64,000 nt of DNA from Phyllobates terribilis. Taxonomy: Eukaryota. The translations under genes and the position numbers were made by a program. Each line of letters begins with the position of its first letter. Position 1 is the first letter of the stretch. Location: positions 9,052,001-9,116,000 of the forward strand of contig NW_027362768.1 of the NCBI RefSeq assembly GCF_046119375.1, given 5' to 3'. Shown here one piece after another: positions 11,357-23,424 of this stretch. The notes under the pieces were generated by a model that saw only the letters and a program-made list of their open reading frames with translations, did no database searches and was not told the DNA's origin.

Positions 11357-12917
11357 CACTGTGTGCAGCATTATTAGGGAAATGAGTATTTTGATCACAT
11401 GATACTTTTTATACATGTTGTCCCACTCCAAGCTGCATAGGGTTGAGAGCCAACTACCATTTAAGTAAATCCGGTGATGTGCATCTCTGTAATGAGGAGG
11501 GGTGTTGACTAATGACATCAACACCCTATATAAATTGTGCTTAATTATTAGGCAACTTCCTTTCCTTTGGCAAAATGGGTCAGAAGAGAAATTTGACGGG
11601 CTCTGAAAAGTCCAAAATTGTGAGATGTCTTGCAGAGGGATGCAGCAGCCTTGAAATTTCCAAACTTTTGAAGCGTGATCACCGAACAATCAAGCGTTTC
11701 ATGGCAAATAGCCAACAGGGTCGCAAGAAGCATGTTGGCCAAAAAAGGCACAAAATAACAGCCCATGAATTGAGGAAAATCGAGCGTGAAGCAGCCAAGA
11801 CGCCATTCGCCACCAGTTTTGCCATATTTCAGAGCTGCAACGTTACTGGAGTATCCAAAAGCACAAGGTGTGCGATACTCAGGGACATGGCCAAGGTAAG
11901 TAAGGCTGAAAAACGACCACCTTTGAACAAGAAACATAAGATAAAACGTCAAGAATGGGCCAAGAAATATCTTAAGACTGATTTTTCAAAGGTTTTATGG
12001 ACTGATGAAATGAGAGTGACTCTTGATGGGCCAGATGGATGGGCCAGAGGCTGGATCAGTAAAGGGCAGAGAGCTCCACTCCGACTCAGACGCCAGCAAG
12101 GTGGAGGTGGGGTACTGGTATGGGCTGATATTATCAAAGATGAACTTGTGGGACCTTTTTGGGTTGAGCATGGAGTGAAGCTCAACTCCCAGACCTACTG
12201 CCAGTTTCTGGAAGACAACTTCTTCAAGCAGTGGTACAGGAAGTAGTCGGTATCGGTCAAGAAAAACATGATTTTCATGCAGGACAATGCTCCATCACAT
12301 GCATCCAACTACTCCACAGCGTGGCTGGCCAGTAAAGGTCTAAAAGAAGAAAAAATAATGATATGGCCCCCTTGTTCACCTGATCTGAACCCCATAGAGA
12401 ACCTGTGGTCCATCATAAAATGTGAGATCTACAGGGAGGGAAACAGTACACCTCTCGGAACAGTGTCTGGGAGGCTTTTGTGGCTGCTGCACACAATGTT
12501 GATCGAAAACAGATCAAGAAACTGACAGAATCTATGGATGGAATTCTGTTGAGTGTCATCATAAAGAAAGGTGGCTATATTGATCACTAATTTTTTTGGT
12601 TTTTGTTTTTGCATGTCAGAAATGTTTATTTCTAAATTTTGTGCACTGATACTGGTTTACCTGGTGAAAATAAACAAGTGAGATGGGATTATATTTGTTT
12701 TTTATTAAGTTGCCTAATAATTCTGCACAGTAATAGTTACCTGCACAAACAGATATCCTCCTAAGATAGCCAAATCTAAAAAAAAAACACTCCAACTTCC
12801 AAAAATATTAAGCTTGGATATTTATGAGTCTTATGGGTTGATTGAGGACATAGTTGTTGATGAAAAATAAAAATAATCCTCTAAAATACAACTTGCCTAA
12901 TAATTCTGCACACAGTG
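11357..12917 (+). mobile_element. Tc1/mariner-superfamily transposon, DD37E spacing
   Basis: TA|CACTGTGTGCAG.ATTATTAGG...CCTAATAATTCTGCACACAGTG|TA. Confidence 0.93.
11575..12590 (+). pseudogene. DD37E transposase (stop at 12244-46, frameshift near 12440)
   Basis: WTDEMR; QDNAPSH followed by 37 residues to E in NPIE (counted); ends KKGGYIDH*. Confidence 0.9.
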
Positions 12918-13349
12918 TATTATTTGCCTCATATGATATATGCCTTCCTCTGCATCATTATGTTAGGGTTATAAGTTGGACCTTTTTTTTCTTCCAATTT
13001 TTTGAAAATGCAAAAATGCAAAAAAAAAAGATGAGGAGAAAAAATAGCGCATGGATAGGGTTTTATCTGGTTGATAAATAATATTGTATCTCTTAGGCGT
13101 CGGGCATTTGCTGGATTTGAAATGGGTTCAAAACCATCAGTGGATTCTGTGGTCTCCCATTCTGGTCCTTCTGGGCCAGATGCTGCTCAGCATTATCATT
13201 GGTCCCAACGCCTAGCTGGTGCATGAGATGTACAGGTTGTCTCTTGGGTCTTTGTTCCTAGCAACATGAAGGATAGGTTGCGGAGGGAAACAGGGCTGCT
13301 GCAGCCTAAGTCCAGGATTCTCTGCACTGAGTATGCCCGTGACATGGCA

Positions 13350-13485
13350 GACCATGATTGGTGGTTTGGGAGTCAGCTGACCCGGTGACCTGGCATCGCC
13401 TGATTGGTCGCGGGTGACGTCACCAATAGTGCGACGGTGGGCAGGGCTTAATCTTTAAAAAGCCCGCCCACAAACATGGCGGTGG
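13350..13485 (+). promoter_or_regulatory. Dense promoter-like motif cluster in a repeat interrupted by hAT element 1
   Basis: GATTGG at 13356 and 13402, TGACGTCA 13415-22, CCAAT 13423, TTTAAAAA 13454, CCCGCCC 13463, AACATGGCGG 13473. Motif match only. Confidence 0.35.
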
Positions 13486-14459
13486 CTCTGATCATTGAGC
13501 AGTGATGGTGTTGTGTGGACGCTTGGTCGTTTGAGCTCCACGTGTGCTTTAACTTGATTCAGGCAGGTTTAGTGGGGGATAGGCAGCCTTAGATGGAGGG
13601 AGGCAGGTAGCTTCGTCTGACAGTCTGGCTCCGACAAAGGGGTCGCCATACACCCCGAGCAGTCTGCAGACGCCGTATTCCTGGAACCGCCTGTAAGCCA
13701 CGTGGAGAGATACTCCTCAGTCCGGTAGCACGCCGGCTGGGAGGACTTATACGCTGGCGTGTAGCACCCACGCATCCTACCGCCTGCTGTGTAGTCTCTG
13801 TGCTGTAACAGGACTACAGATACATTATTTATCGCACATATCTCGTGCAGTTAACGGAGAGAGTGCAAATCCCTATTCCCGTTCCGGTGTGCAGTAACAC
13901 GGAGGGGATTGTTATTTAAGTTGGTTGTTTTACCTTCTCACCCGGAAGGTGTTCAGCCGCAGTCCACCATACTGCATCGCGGATAGAGTTGAGCCACCCC
14001 CGTAGTGTTCGAGTTCGGTTCGTCGAACACCTGTATGTTCGCCGAACTGTTCATCGAACACCGTTAAAACCAATGGCAGGCAAACAAAAACACATAGAAA
14101 CACATAGAAAACACCTTCAAAGGTGTCCAAAACCTGACAAACTGCTCAGAAGACACAACTAACACATGAAAAACTGACAAGTACATATAGTCATGCGAAA
14201 AGAAAAGAGGTGAAGGAGTAAAAGGAGGCGGAGACACAGATATAGGCATGTCATGCCCTTCTAAAATCCAAAAAAGTGCGAAGCTGACACGGCCAGTCCT
14301 TTCCTGCCGGTGCGACCTCCGTGTTGCCGGGGTGGTGCCAGAGCTGTGGTGGACCCTGACGGCCAGCCCCCCTCTCCCAATACTGGTGCCTGTCCGCTGG
14401 TGGGTCGAGCGAGCCCCCCTGCGGTGGAGGCAGGTCTAAGCTTTTTAATTTAAATTGTC

Positions 14460-14729
14460 TCTGTAATTTGAATGAGTACACCTTAAATCCTTTTGCAAGG
14501 ATCTATTGGAGGGCAAGTTTGATGCCAGCAGCCGCGGGAATTCCAGCTCCAGTAGCGTCCACTAAAGCTGCTGCAGTTAAAAAGCTTTTATAAGGATCGA
14601 GCTTGGCGGTCCACCACAAGGCGTCCTACCGCCGTCCCATCCCCTGTGCCTTGGGGTGCCTCCCCGATGCTCTTCACTGAGTATCCCGTGGTCCCGAAGC
14701 ATTTCCTTTGAAAAAATTAAGTGTCCAAA
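14460..14729 (+). pseudogene. Decayed 18S rRNA fragment (530-loop region into V4) inside hAT element 1
   Basis: CTGTAATTTGAATGAGT...TTGGAGGGCAAGTTTGATGCCAGCAGCCGCGGGAATTCCAGCTCCAGTAGCG...GCTGCAGTTAAAAAGCT...CCCGAAGCATTTCCTTTGAAAAAATTAAGTGTCCAAA is colinear with the conserved vertebrate 18S sequence as recalled. Confidence 0.88.
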
Positions 14730-14937
14730 CTACAGGTGGTGTAGCTTGCTTAACAGGTGGGATAATCCGCTGACTAGCAGACACTGCTACTAGGTCCAAA
14801 GTATTTCCTGGGCTAGATGCAGTTAAAAATTTGTAATTAGATCTACAGGCGGTGGCTATTCCGCTGACTAGCAGACACTGCTACTAGGCCCAAAGTATTG
14901 CCTGGGCTAGATGCAGTTAAAAATTTGTAATTAGATA

Positions 14938-15690
14938 CTCTCGTTGGATGCTGAGAAAGCATTCCATAGAGTCTCCTGGCACGTCATATATTATTCTCTT
15001 AAAAAGCTTGGGGTAGGGGTCTAGGGGACCCTTTTATAGCCAAAATCATGGCCCTGTATCGCAATCCGTCAGCTAAGCTGAAGATTAATAGAACATTTTC
15101 ATCACCTTTCATAATCACCAATGAGACAAGGCAGGGATGTCCTCTGTCCCTTCTCTTATACATCCTAGTGATGGAGCACCTGCTCTCATCAATTCGCGAT
15201 AACCCCAATATTAGGTGGATTGAGGTGGGAGGCACCGAGTACAAGTGCTCTGCATTTGCTGATGATGTCCTAGTATATATCACTCAATCACATATATCCA
15301 TCCCTGCTGTTGTGGCTGAAATAGATCACTTTGTTACATGGTCAAATTTTAAAATCAATGCAGTGAAGTCTGAGGCCCTCGATGTCTCCCTCCCCAAATC
15401 CATACAGGATTCCATCCAGTCCAACTTTCCCTTTGCCTGGCCCTCACAGGGTATCAAATGCTTAGGAATTCGTATTCATAGAGACCTCTCCCGTCTACTT
15501 TATCTTAATTTTGGGCCCTTTATTGAACAACTCCATAAAGATCTTACTTCTTGGACGGTGAAGGATTTTTCCTGGTTCAGCAGAATAAGTATACTAAAAA
15601 TGAACATCCTACCTAAACTCTTATACCTCTTCCAAACTATTCCCGTGGTAATTCCCTCAAATTTTTGGAAAAGACTACGCAGTAGCTTTT
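14938..15690 (+). pseudogene. L1-clade LINE reverse-transcriptase fragment (hAT cargo)
   Basis: LSLDAEKAFHRVSW, TRQGCPLS, AFADDVLVY, FKINAVKSE, RISILKMNILPKLLYLFQ. Confidence 0.88.
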
Positions 15691-15945
15691 AGTCTCCCCA
15701 GGATGACACAGGTGGGGCAGATGGTGGTTGTCCCGGCCCGCTAGGCCGCATTGTAGCACAGTGAGCTTCGCACTGCAACTTATGCTTCATATCCATGTGA
15801 CGGTTCATGCATGAAGTACTCAAACTATGTATTTTTTGGCCTCTGCTTAGCTTTTGGTGACAAATGTTACAGATAACACGAGTTGGGTCATCCTTAGCGA
15901 TCTGAAAAAATGCACAGGCTATGCAAGGTTTAGAGCCCATGCGAC
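15690..15945 (-). pseudogene. Extra copy of the hAT BED zinc-finger segment
   Basis: KPCIACAFFQIAKDDPTRVICNICHQKLSRG...MNRHMDMKH is nearly identical to ~19550-19790 and ~41430-41670. Confidence 0.9.
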
Positions 15946-16325
15946 TCTGCTACTAGCAATACTATCAAATGATTGGCTGGGTTAGATGCAGAGCGTCTGG
16001 GTTTGGTTGGGGATCCCCACAGTCTGCCTAGGCTAGATGCAGTTAAAAATGCTCATTAGATACACAGGCGGTGCAGCTTGCTTCGCAGCTGGGCTAATAC
16101 ACCCAAAGTATTGGTAGACTCTATACTAAATAAGGAAGGATTCACTGACTGTGGTGGCCCCTCCGTGGGCCATGGTGATTGGTGGAGATTTGGTGGGTGA
16201 TTATAGGAGAAAGCTCCTTAATAGAGAAAGTTGGTGGATTTATACACGTGTACCAGCGGGTTTAAGCATCAGACATGATTTGATGTATCATTATGAGTGA
16301 TCATTTATAATTATTATTATATATA

Positions 16326-17956
16326 CAGTACAGACCAAAAGTTTGGACACACCTTCTCATTTAAAGATTTTTCTGTATTTTCATAACTATGAAAATTGTA
16401 CATTCACACTGCAGGCATCAAAACTATGAATTAACACATGTGGAATTATATACTTAACAAAAAAGTGTGAAACAACTTAAAATATGTCTTATATTCTAGG
16501 TTCTTCAAAGTAGCCACCTTTTGCTTTGATGACTGCTTTGCACACTCTTGGCATTCTCTTGATGAGCTTCAAGAGGTAGTCACCGGAAATGGTCTTCCAA
16601 CAATCTTGAAGGAGTTCCCAGAGATGCTTAGCACTTGTTGGCCCTTTTGCCTTCACTCGGCGGTCCAGCTCACCCCAAACCATCTCGATTGGGTTCAGGT
16701 CTGGTGACTGTGGAGGCCAGGTCATCTGGCGTAGCACCCCATCACTCTCCTACTTGGTCAAATAGCCCTTACACAGCCTGGAGGTGTGTTTGGGGTCATT
16801 GTCCTGTTGAAAAATAAATGATGGTCCAACTAAAAGCAAACCGGATGGAATAGCATGACGCTGCAAGATGCTGTGGTAGCCATGCTGGTTCAGTATGCCT
16901 TCAATTTTGAATAAATCCCCAACAGTGTCACCAGAAAAACACCACCACACCATCACACCTCCTCCTTCATGCTTCACGGTGGGAACCAGGCATGTAGAGT
17001 CCATCCGTTCACCTTTTCTGCGTCACACAAAGACACGGTGGTTGGAAACAAAGATCTAAAATTTAGACTCATCAGACCAAAGCACAGATTTCCACTGGTC
17101 TAATGTCCATTCCTTGTGTTCTTTAGCCCAAAAAAAGTCTCTTCTGCTTGTTGCCTGTCCTTAGCAGTGGTTTCCTTGCAGCTATTTTACCATGAAGGCC
17201 TGCTTCACAAAGTCTCCTCTTAACAGTTGTTGTAGAGATGTGTCTGCTGCTAGAACTCTGTGTGGCATTGACCTGGTCTCTAATCTGAGCTGCTGTTGAC
17301 CTGCGATTTCTGAGGCTGGTGACTCGGATAAACTTATCCTCAGAACAAGAGGTGACTCTTGGTCTTCCTTTCCTGGGGCGGTCCTCATGTGGGCCAGTTT
17401 CTTTGTAGCACTTGATGGTTTTTGCAACTGCACTTGGGGACACTTTCAAAGTTTGCCCAATTTTTCGGACTGACTGACCTTCATTTCATAAAGGAATGAT
17501 GGCCACTCGTTTTTCTTTACTTAGCTGCTTTTTTCTTGCCATAATACAAATTCTAACAGTCTATTCAGTAGGACTATCAGCTGTGTTTCCACCAGACTTC
17601 TGCACAACACAACTGATGGTCCCAACCCCATTTATAAGGCAAGAAATCCCACTTATTAAACCTGACAGGGCACACCTGTGAAGTGAAAACCATTTCCGGT
17701 GACTACCTCTTGAAGCTCATCAAGAGAATGCCAAGAGTGTGCAAAGCAGTCATCAAAGCAAAAGGTGGCTACTTTGAAGAACCTAGAATATAAGACATAT
17801 TTTCAGTTGTTTCACACTTTTTTGTTAAGTATATAATTCCACATGTGATAATTCATAGTTTTGATGCCTTCAGTGTGAATTTACAATTTTCATAGTTATG
17901 AAACTACAGAAAAATCTTTAAATGAGAAGGTATGTCCAAACTTTTGGTCTGTACTG
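16326..17956 (-). mobile_element. Tc1 transposon with ~268-bp TIRs, nested in hAT element 1
   Basis: TA|CAGTACAGACCAAAAGTTTGGACA...TGTCCAAACTTTTGGTCTGTACTG|TA. Confidence 0.95.
16489..17542 (-). pseudogene. Tc1 transposase, disrupted
   Basis: MARKKQLSKEK start; GRPRVT, QQDNDPKH, WPPQSPDLNPIE, KAKGGYF; multiple stops and frameshifts. Confidence 0.9.
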
Positions 17957-18084
17957 TATGTTCCTTTTTTCTTCTTTTCTTTTTCTTTTTGATTATTTAC
18001 ATTTATATGCATTGTTTCTATGCTATACGATTTTAACATGGTATGTGTGTTTAAATTTCTGATTAACTCAGCCTTGAACAGGTG

Positions 18085-20709
18085 CATAGCATGTAAATTA
18101 CCGGAATAGTCATGCTGATAATGGTATCGTCAGCACTAAACATCTTTGTCGCCATTTCAAAACTGTGCAGAAGGGTGCATAGGTCCCTGATCTGAGACCA
18201 CTCCTCCAGCGTGATTTGCCCCACCTCTGGATCCCGTTGGCCCAGGCAATACGTCAGAACGTACTGCACCAGGGCTTGTCAGTGCTGCCACAGTCGCTGC
18301 AACATGTGCAGAGTTGAATTCCACCGGGTAGGCACATCGCATTTTAGCCGGTGAAGTGGCAGGACCAATGATTTCTGTAGAGATGTAAGTCACTGAGCTG
18401 CGGGATGCGAATGGCGGAAGTGAGCACACAGTGACCGTGCCCTCTGCAGAAGGCCATCTTGTCCTGGATAGTGGGCTAAAAATTGCTGGACAACCAGGTT
18501 CAACACGTGAGCCATACAAGGCACGTGTGTGACATTGCCCCGGCGAAGGGCCTCACCGAGGTTTGCAGCATTGTCGCATACGGCCTTCCCTGGTTTCAGG
18601 TCCAGTAGAGACAACCATTCATGAAACTGGTTCTCCAGAGCTGACCACAACGCCTCAGCTGTGTGACTCACATTTCTCTGACATTTCAAAGTAAAAACCG
18701 ACCTGATGACGTTGAGCCCTGCTGCCAGCATAGTAAGGAGGTGTGCAGCATCCCTTCTGCGCAGTTAGAAAGCGTGTGGCATGACCAGAAAGGCTTTGGG
18801 TGCAGGTGGAGGACCGAGAGGAGGTTTAGGAGGCAGAAGCAGTGGAGGAACTTCTAGATAAAGACGATTGACGCACAACTCGTGGGGACAGCAAGACTTG
18901 GACAGCAGCCCCTTCTCCTGCTATCACCATAGTTACCCAGTGCCCAGTCAGCGACATGTAACGCCCCTGTCCATGCCTACTCGTTCAAGTGTCTGTGGTG
19001 AAATGCACCCTGTCACACACAGAGTTTCTCAAAGAAGCGGTGATGTTGTGTGCGACATGCTGGTGGAGCGCAGGCACACCTTTCTTTGAGAATTAGTGCC
19101 GACTGGGCATCTGGTACTGGGGCACTGCGACGGACATAAGGTATTGAAAATCCTCTGTGTCCACCAGGCGGAAAGGCAGTATTTCTGTAGCCAACAGCTT
19201 GCAGATGGTGAAATTCAACCTCTTAGCTTTGTCATGGCTTGGAGGAAATGGTCTTTTACTTGTCCACATCTGAGGGACCGAGGGCTGGCTGTTGTGCTAA
19301 GACCAGGTTGAGTACGGTGTCCCCGGCAAACTGCCGGTCTGTGAGGAAGATACAGGCGGACATGTTAGGTTGCCTTGATCCAAAGGTGGTGCTCTCGATG
19401 TCGGAGAGCGCTCAACACCAGCTGGTGTTTCCACCTCCAAAGAAAATGATGACCTGCCAATCACACTGGCTGTTGCGGGTAAAGAGGTGGCAGGTCTGCG
19501 TCCCAAAACAGGTGTGACTGCTGTCCCCCCAGTCACAGAGGATGAAGAGGCCGCAGATGCACAAGATGGGGCAGACGGTGGTTGGCCTGGCCCGCTAGGC
19601 CGCATTGTAGAACAGTGAGCTTCCCACTGCAACTTATGCTTCATGTCCATGTGACGGTTTATGCATGAAGTACTCAAACTATGGAATTTTTTGCCTCTAC
19701 TTAGCTTTTGGTGACAAATGTTACAGATAACACGAGTTGAGTCATCCTTATCGATCTGAAAAAATGCCCAGGCTATGCAAGGCTTAGCACCCATGTGACC
19801 TGAAGAGCCACCACGACTTGTGGTCAGAGGCAGAGTTGTGTTTGAGGATGCAGTTGTTGAAGTGCTTCCAGTACTACGTCTCTGTCCAGGAACGCGCAAC
19901 CTGACCTCGTCGTCTCTAGCATCCTCCTCCACCTCCTCTGCTGACCTCATCGACTGGCTGACTGTGGGTTGACAGTAAGTGGGATCTGCAACCTCGTCAT
20001 CATCACCCTGTGTGTTCTCACACCCGTCGTCCTCAGAGCCAACGTCTTCCTGCCCTGACAAAAAACACAAGTTGTCGCTCCAATCAGGTATTTGAGTCTC
20101 ATCATCGTCTTCCTCATTGTCTCCACCAACAGGAGTTACAGTTTGGGAACGAGGGTCTACATTATGGTCAGATCCTTCTGCGTCTGGTCCTGGATCCAAC
20201 TCATAAAGATTCTGGGCATCAGTGCAGATCATTTCCTCGTCTGGATTCACAGAAGCTCTGGAGCTGACCTCTGATTCCCAGGCTATAGCATGAGTAAACA
20301 GCTCTGCAGACTCAACCATCTGTTCTACTCCATACTCAGACGGGCAGCTGGAGACTTGGGAGTTGTGAGGAAGCAAGTGCGATTGGGGTGACACCTCTGA
20401 GGACTGGAGTATTTGTGATGTTGAAGTTGAGATGGAGGAGAGCCCACTTAAAGGAGCACTTGATATCCGTTGAAGCACCTGCTGTTTTTGTGCCTCATCT
20501 GGAATTTGTAGCGATTGGCGTGGCCGTAAGAAAGGGATCTTATCACATTGTCCGCTAAAAGAAGTAGACATCTTAGTTTGGCTGGAAGATGGTCTTTCTT
20601 CTGCAGATGTTACTGTTGCTTTAACACCTACCCCACGGACACCATCTTTTTTTTCCTTCCCAACACGCCTATTCCCCTTTCCACCAGCAGCAGGCCTTTT
20701 TCCACTCAT
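18085..20709 (-). pseudogene. hAT transposase of element 1, 3'-truncated with stops and a frameshift
   Basis: 470-aa ORF with BED finger, then TTDT, CDNAANL, CMAHVLNL and TRWNST; homology to element 2 stops after VIYML. Confidence 0.92.
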
Positions 20710-20822
20710 TTTGGTGGTTAACTAATTGACAACTCTGGAGTTGTTTGCTCAAAAAACGATGGATGGGAACCGAGCAGAGCTGAGTGGCCAAACTGTGGTA
20801 TTAGCCCAAAAGGATTGGCTGG

Positions 20823-22107
20823 GTTAGATGCAGTAAAACAATTTTATTGCATACACAGGTGGTAGAGCTTAGCATAGATGGACTAATAGAATGAGTCCCA
20901 CACACTGCTACAAGCCCAAAATTATTTTCCGAGCTAGATGCAGATAAAAATTATTTGTAATTTGCAAGCTGGTGGAGCTTAGTATAGATGGACTAATAGA
21001 ATAAGTCCCACACACTTCTACAAGCCCAAAATTATTTTCCGAGCTAGATGCAGATAAAAAATATTTGTAATTTGGAAGATGGTGGAGCTTAGTATAGATG
21101 GACTAATAGAATGAGTCCCACACACTGCTACAAGCCCAAAATTATTTTCCGAGCTAGATGCAGATAAAAGTTATTTGTAATTTGCAAGCTGGTGAAGCTT
21201 AGTATAGATGGCCTAATAGAATGAGTACCACACACTGCTACTATGCCCAAAATTATTTTCCAGACAAGATGCAGCTAAAAATTATTTGTAATTTGCAAGC
21301 TGGTGGAGCTTAGTATAGATGAACTAATAAAATAAGTCCCACACACTGCTACAAGCCCAAAATTATTTTCCGAGCTAGATGCAGATAAAAATTATTTGTA
21401 ATTTGCAAGCTGCTGGAGCATAGTATAGATGGCCTAATAGAATGAGTACCACACACTGCTACTATGCCCAAAATTATTTTCCAGACAAGATGCAGCTAAA
21501 AATTATTTGAAATTTGCAAGCTGGTGGAGCTTAGTATAGATGGCCTAATAGAATGAGTACCACACACTGCTACTATGCCCAAAATTATTTTCTGAGCTAG
21601 ATGCAGCTAAAAATTATTTGTAATTTGCAAGCTGGTGGAGCTTAGTATAGATCGACTAATAGAATAAGTCCCACACACTGCTACAAGCCCAAAATTATTT
21701 TCCGAGCTAGATGCAGATAAAAATCATTTGTAATTTGCAAGCTGGTGGAGTTTAGTATAGATGGACTAATAGAATAAATCCCACACACTGCTACAACCCC
21801 AAAATTATTTTCCGAGCTAGATGCAGCTAAAAATTATTTGTAATTTGCAAGCTGGTGGAGCTTAGTATAGATGGCCTAACAGAATGAGTACCACACACTG
21901 CTACTATGCCCAAAATTATTTTCCAGACAAGATGCAGCTAAAATTATTTGTAATTTGCAAGCTGGTGGAACTTAGTATAGATGGACTAATAGAATAAGTC
22001 CCACACACTGCTACAAGCCCAAAATTATTTTCCGAGCTAGATGCAGATAAAAATTATTTGTAATTTGCAAGTTGGTGGAGCTTAGTATAGATGGCCTAAC
22101 AGAATGA
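20823..22107. repeat. 110-111 bp tandem array, ~11-12 units, upstream of the element 1 transposase
   Basis: AGATGCAG recurs 12 times at 110-111 bp spacing. Confidence 0.93.
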
Positions 22108-23271
22108 TGCTATGCCCAAAAGGTTTTACTTGGCTAGGTGCAGTAAAAAAAATTGTATTCTATACACAGGTGGTGTAGCTTGCAACACAGATACGCTACT
22201 CCACTGACTAACACACACTGCAAGAGGCCAAAAAGGATTTGTTTTGCTAGATTTAGCCAAATGCTGTGAAAAACACTTGCACAGCACTGGCACAGACCTG
22301 CCTGGCAAAAAGTCCTAGGAAATGCTGTAACCTAGTCCTCAAAAGGACTTCAATTACAACTAGTCCCTACTCCCAAGCTGTCTATTTAAGAGCACAGACC
22401 TGCCTGCTAAAAGTCGTAGGAAATGCTGTTACCTAGTCCTCAAAAGGACTGCAATTACAAGTAGACCCTACTCCCAGCCTATCTATTTAAGAGCACAGAC
22501 CGGCCTGCTAAAAGTCGTAGGAAATGCTGTAACCTAGTCCTCAAAAGGACTGCAATCACAACTATTCCCTACTCCCAAGCTATCTATATATTTCTGAGAT
22601 AATTGGCTTGAAATTAACACTGAAAGTATAGCGCACACAGCAACAGCGGTGCCGTCTAACACGCAGCTGCAGCAGTGAGAAAATGGTGGCGACGGGGAAA
22701 ATGGCTGGGTCTTATAGGGCAAGGACATGTGACATACACTGCCAATAACACATGCTCTTGCTTGCGTGAAAAAAAGCACTTCGCTCCGTGTGTGCGCTGC
22801 TGATTGGCTGACAGATTGCACCTCCCCACTGTAAATGCGGGAAAAAGAAAAAAAAATGGAGATCTTCATTATACCTGCAGAGATCCATCCCATGCCCCTC
22901 CCCCCGCCCCGCTGTACACTAAAGCTGCGTATTAACATTGATTATCAGCATTACTGTGAAAAAATCCAGTTATGATTTTGCTGCACGAACAGTTATCGAA
23001 CATAACCTCGAACAGCCGGATTTTTTTCAAATCGTTCGTGTTCGCCGAATGGCTCGAACACCGCCCAAAACAGCTCGAATTTGAGATTGGCGAACAGTTC
23101 GAGTCGAACACCGCTCATCTATAATCGCGGACCCCGGGTTCGGTTGCTTTCCATTATTTAATAAAGTTGTTTGCAACCGTCCCTTTAACAGTATCAATAT
23201 ATGCTGACCTGATCCATGGATGAAAGGCTGCTGTGGATCAACGTGTGATTTCACCAGAAGAGCAAATAACA

Positions 23272-23424
23272 CATGGAAAGTTTATGGTCCATATCCGCGC
23301 AGCCAGCTTGTGAAGAAACGTTGGACGCTAGAAGTGTTATAAAATAATGGTTTCTTTTATTTTTCAAAAATAAAACATTTCTTCATAAGCTGGCAGCGCA
23401 GATATGGACCACAAACTTTCCATG
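23272..23424. repeat. ~50-bp inverted repeat with ~55-bp spacer
   Basis: CATGGAAAGTTTATGGTCCATATCCGCGCAGCCAGCTTGTGAAGAAA / TTTCTTCATAAGCTGGCAGCGCAGATATGGACCACAAACTTTCCATG. Confidence 0.8.

Larger units (their letters stand above)
13984..23123 (-). mobile_element. Composite hAT element 1 (9.1 kb)
   Basis: Termini TAGAGTTGAGCC (13984) and CGCTCATCTATA (23123); exact 8-bp TSD ATCGCGGA at 13976-83 and 23124-31; contains a hAT transposase relic. Confidence 0.93.

Noticed and set aside
14460-14729. A functional rRNA gene
   Set aside because: It is only ~270 bp, has substitutions in universally conserved positions, and has no adjoining 18S, ITS or 5.8S sequence.
16110-16325. L1 endonuclease fragment (MVIGGDL resembling GGDFN)
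   Set aside because: A single short motif match; insufficient without an alignment.
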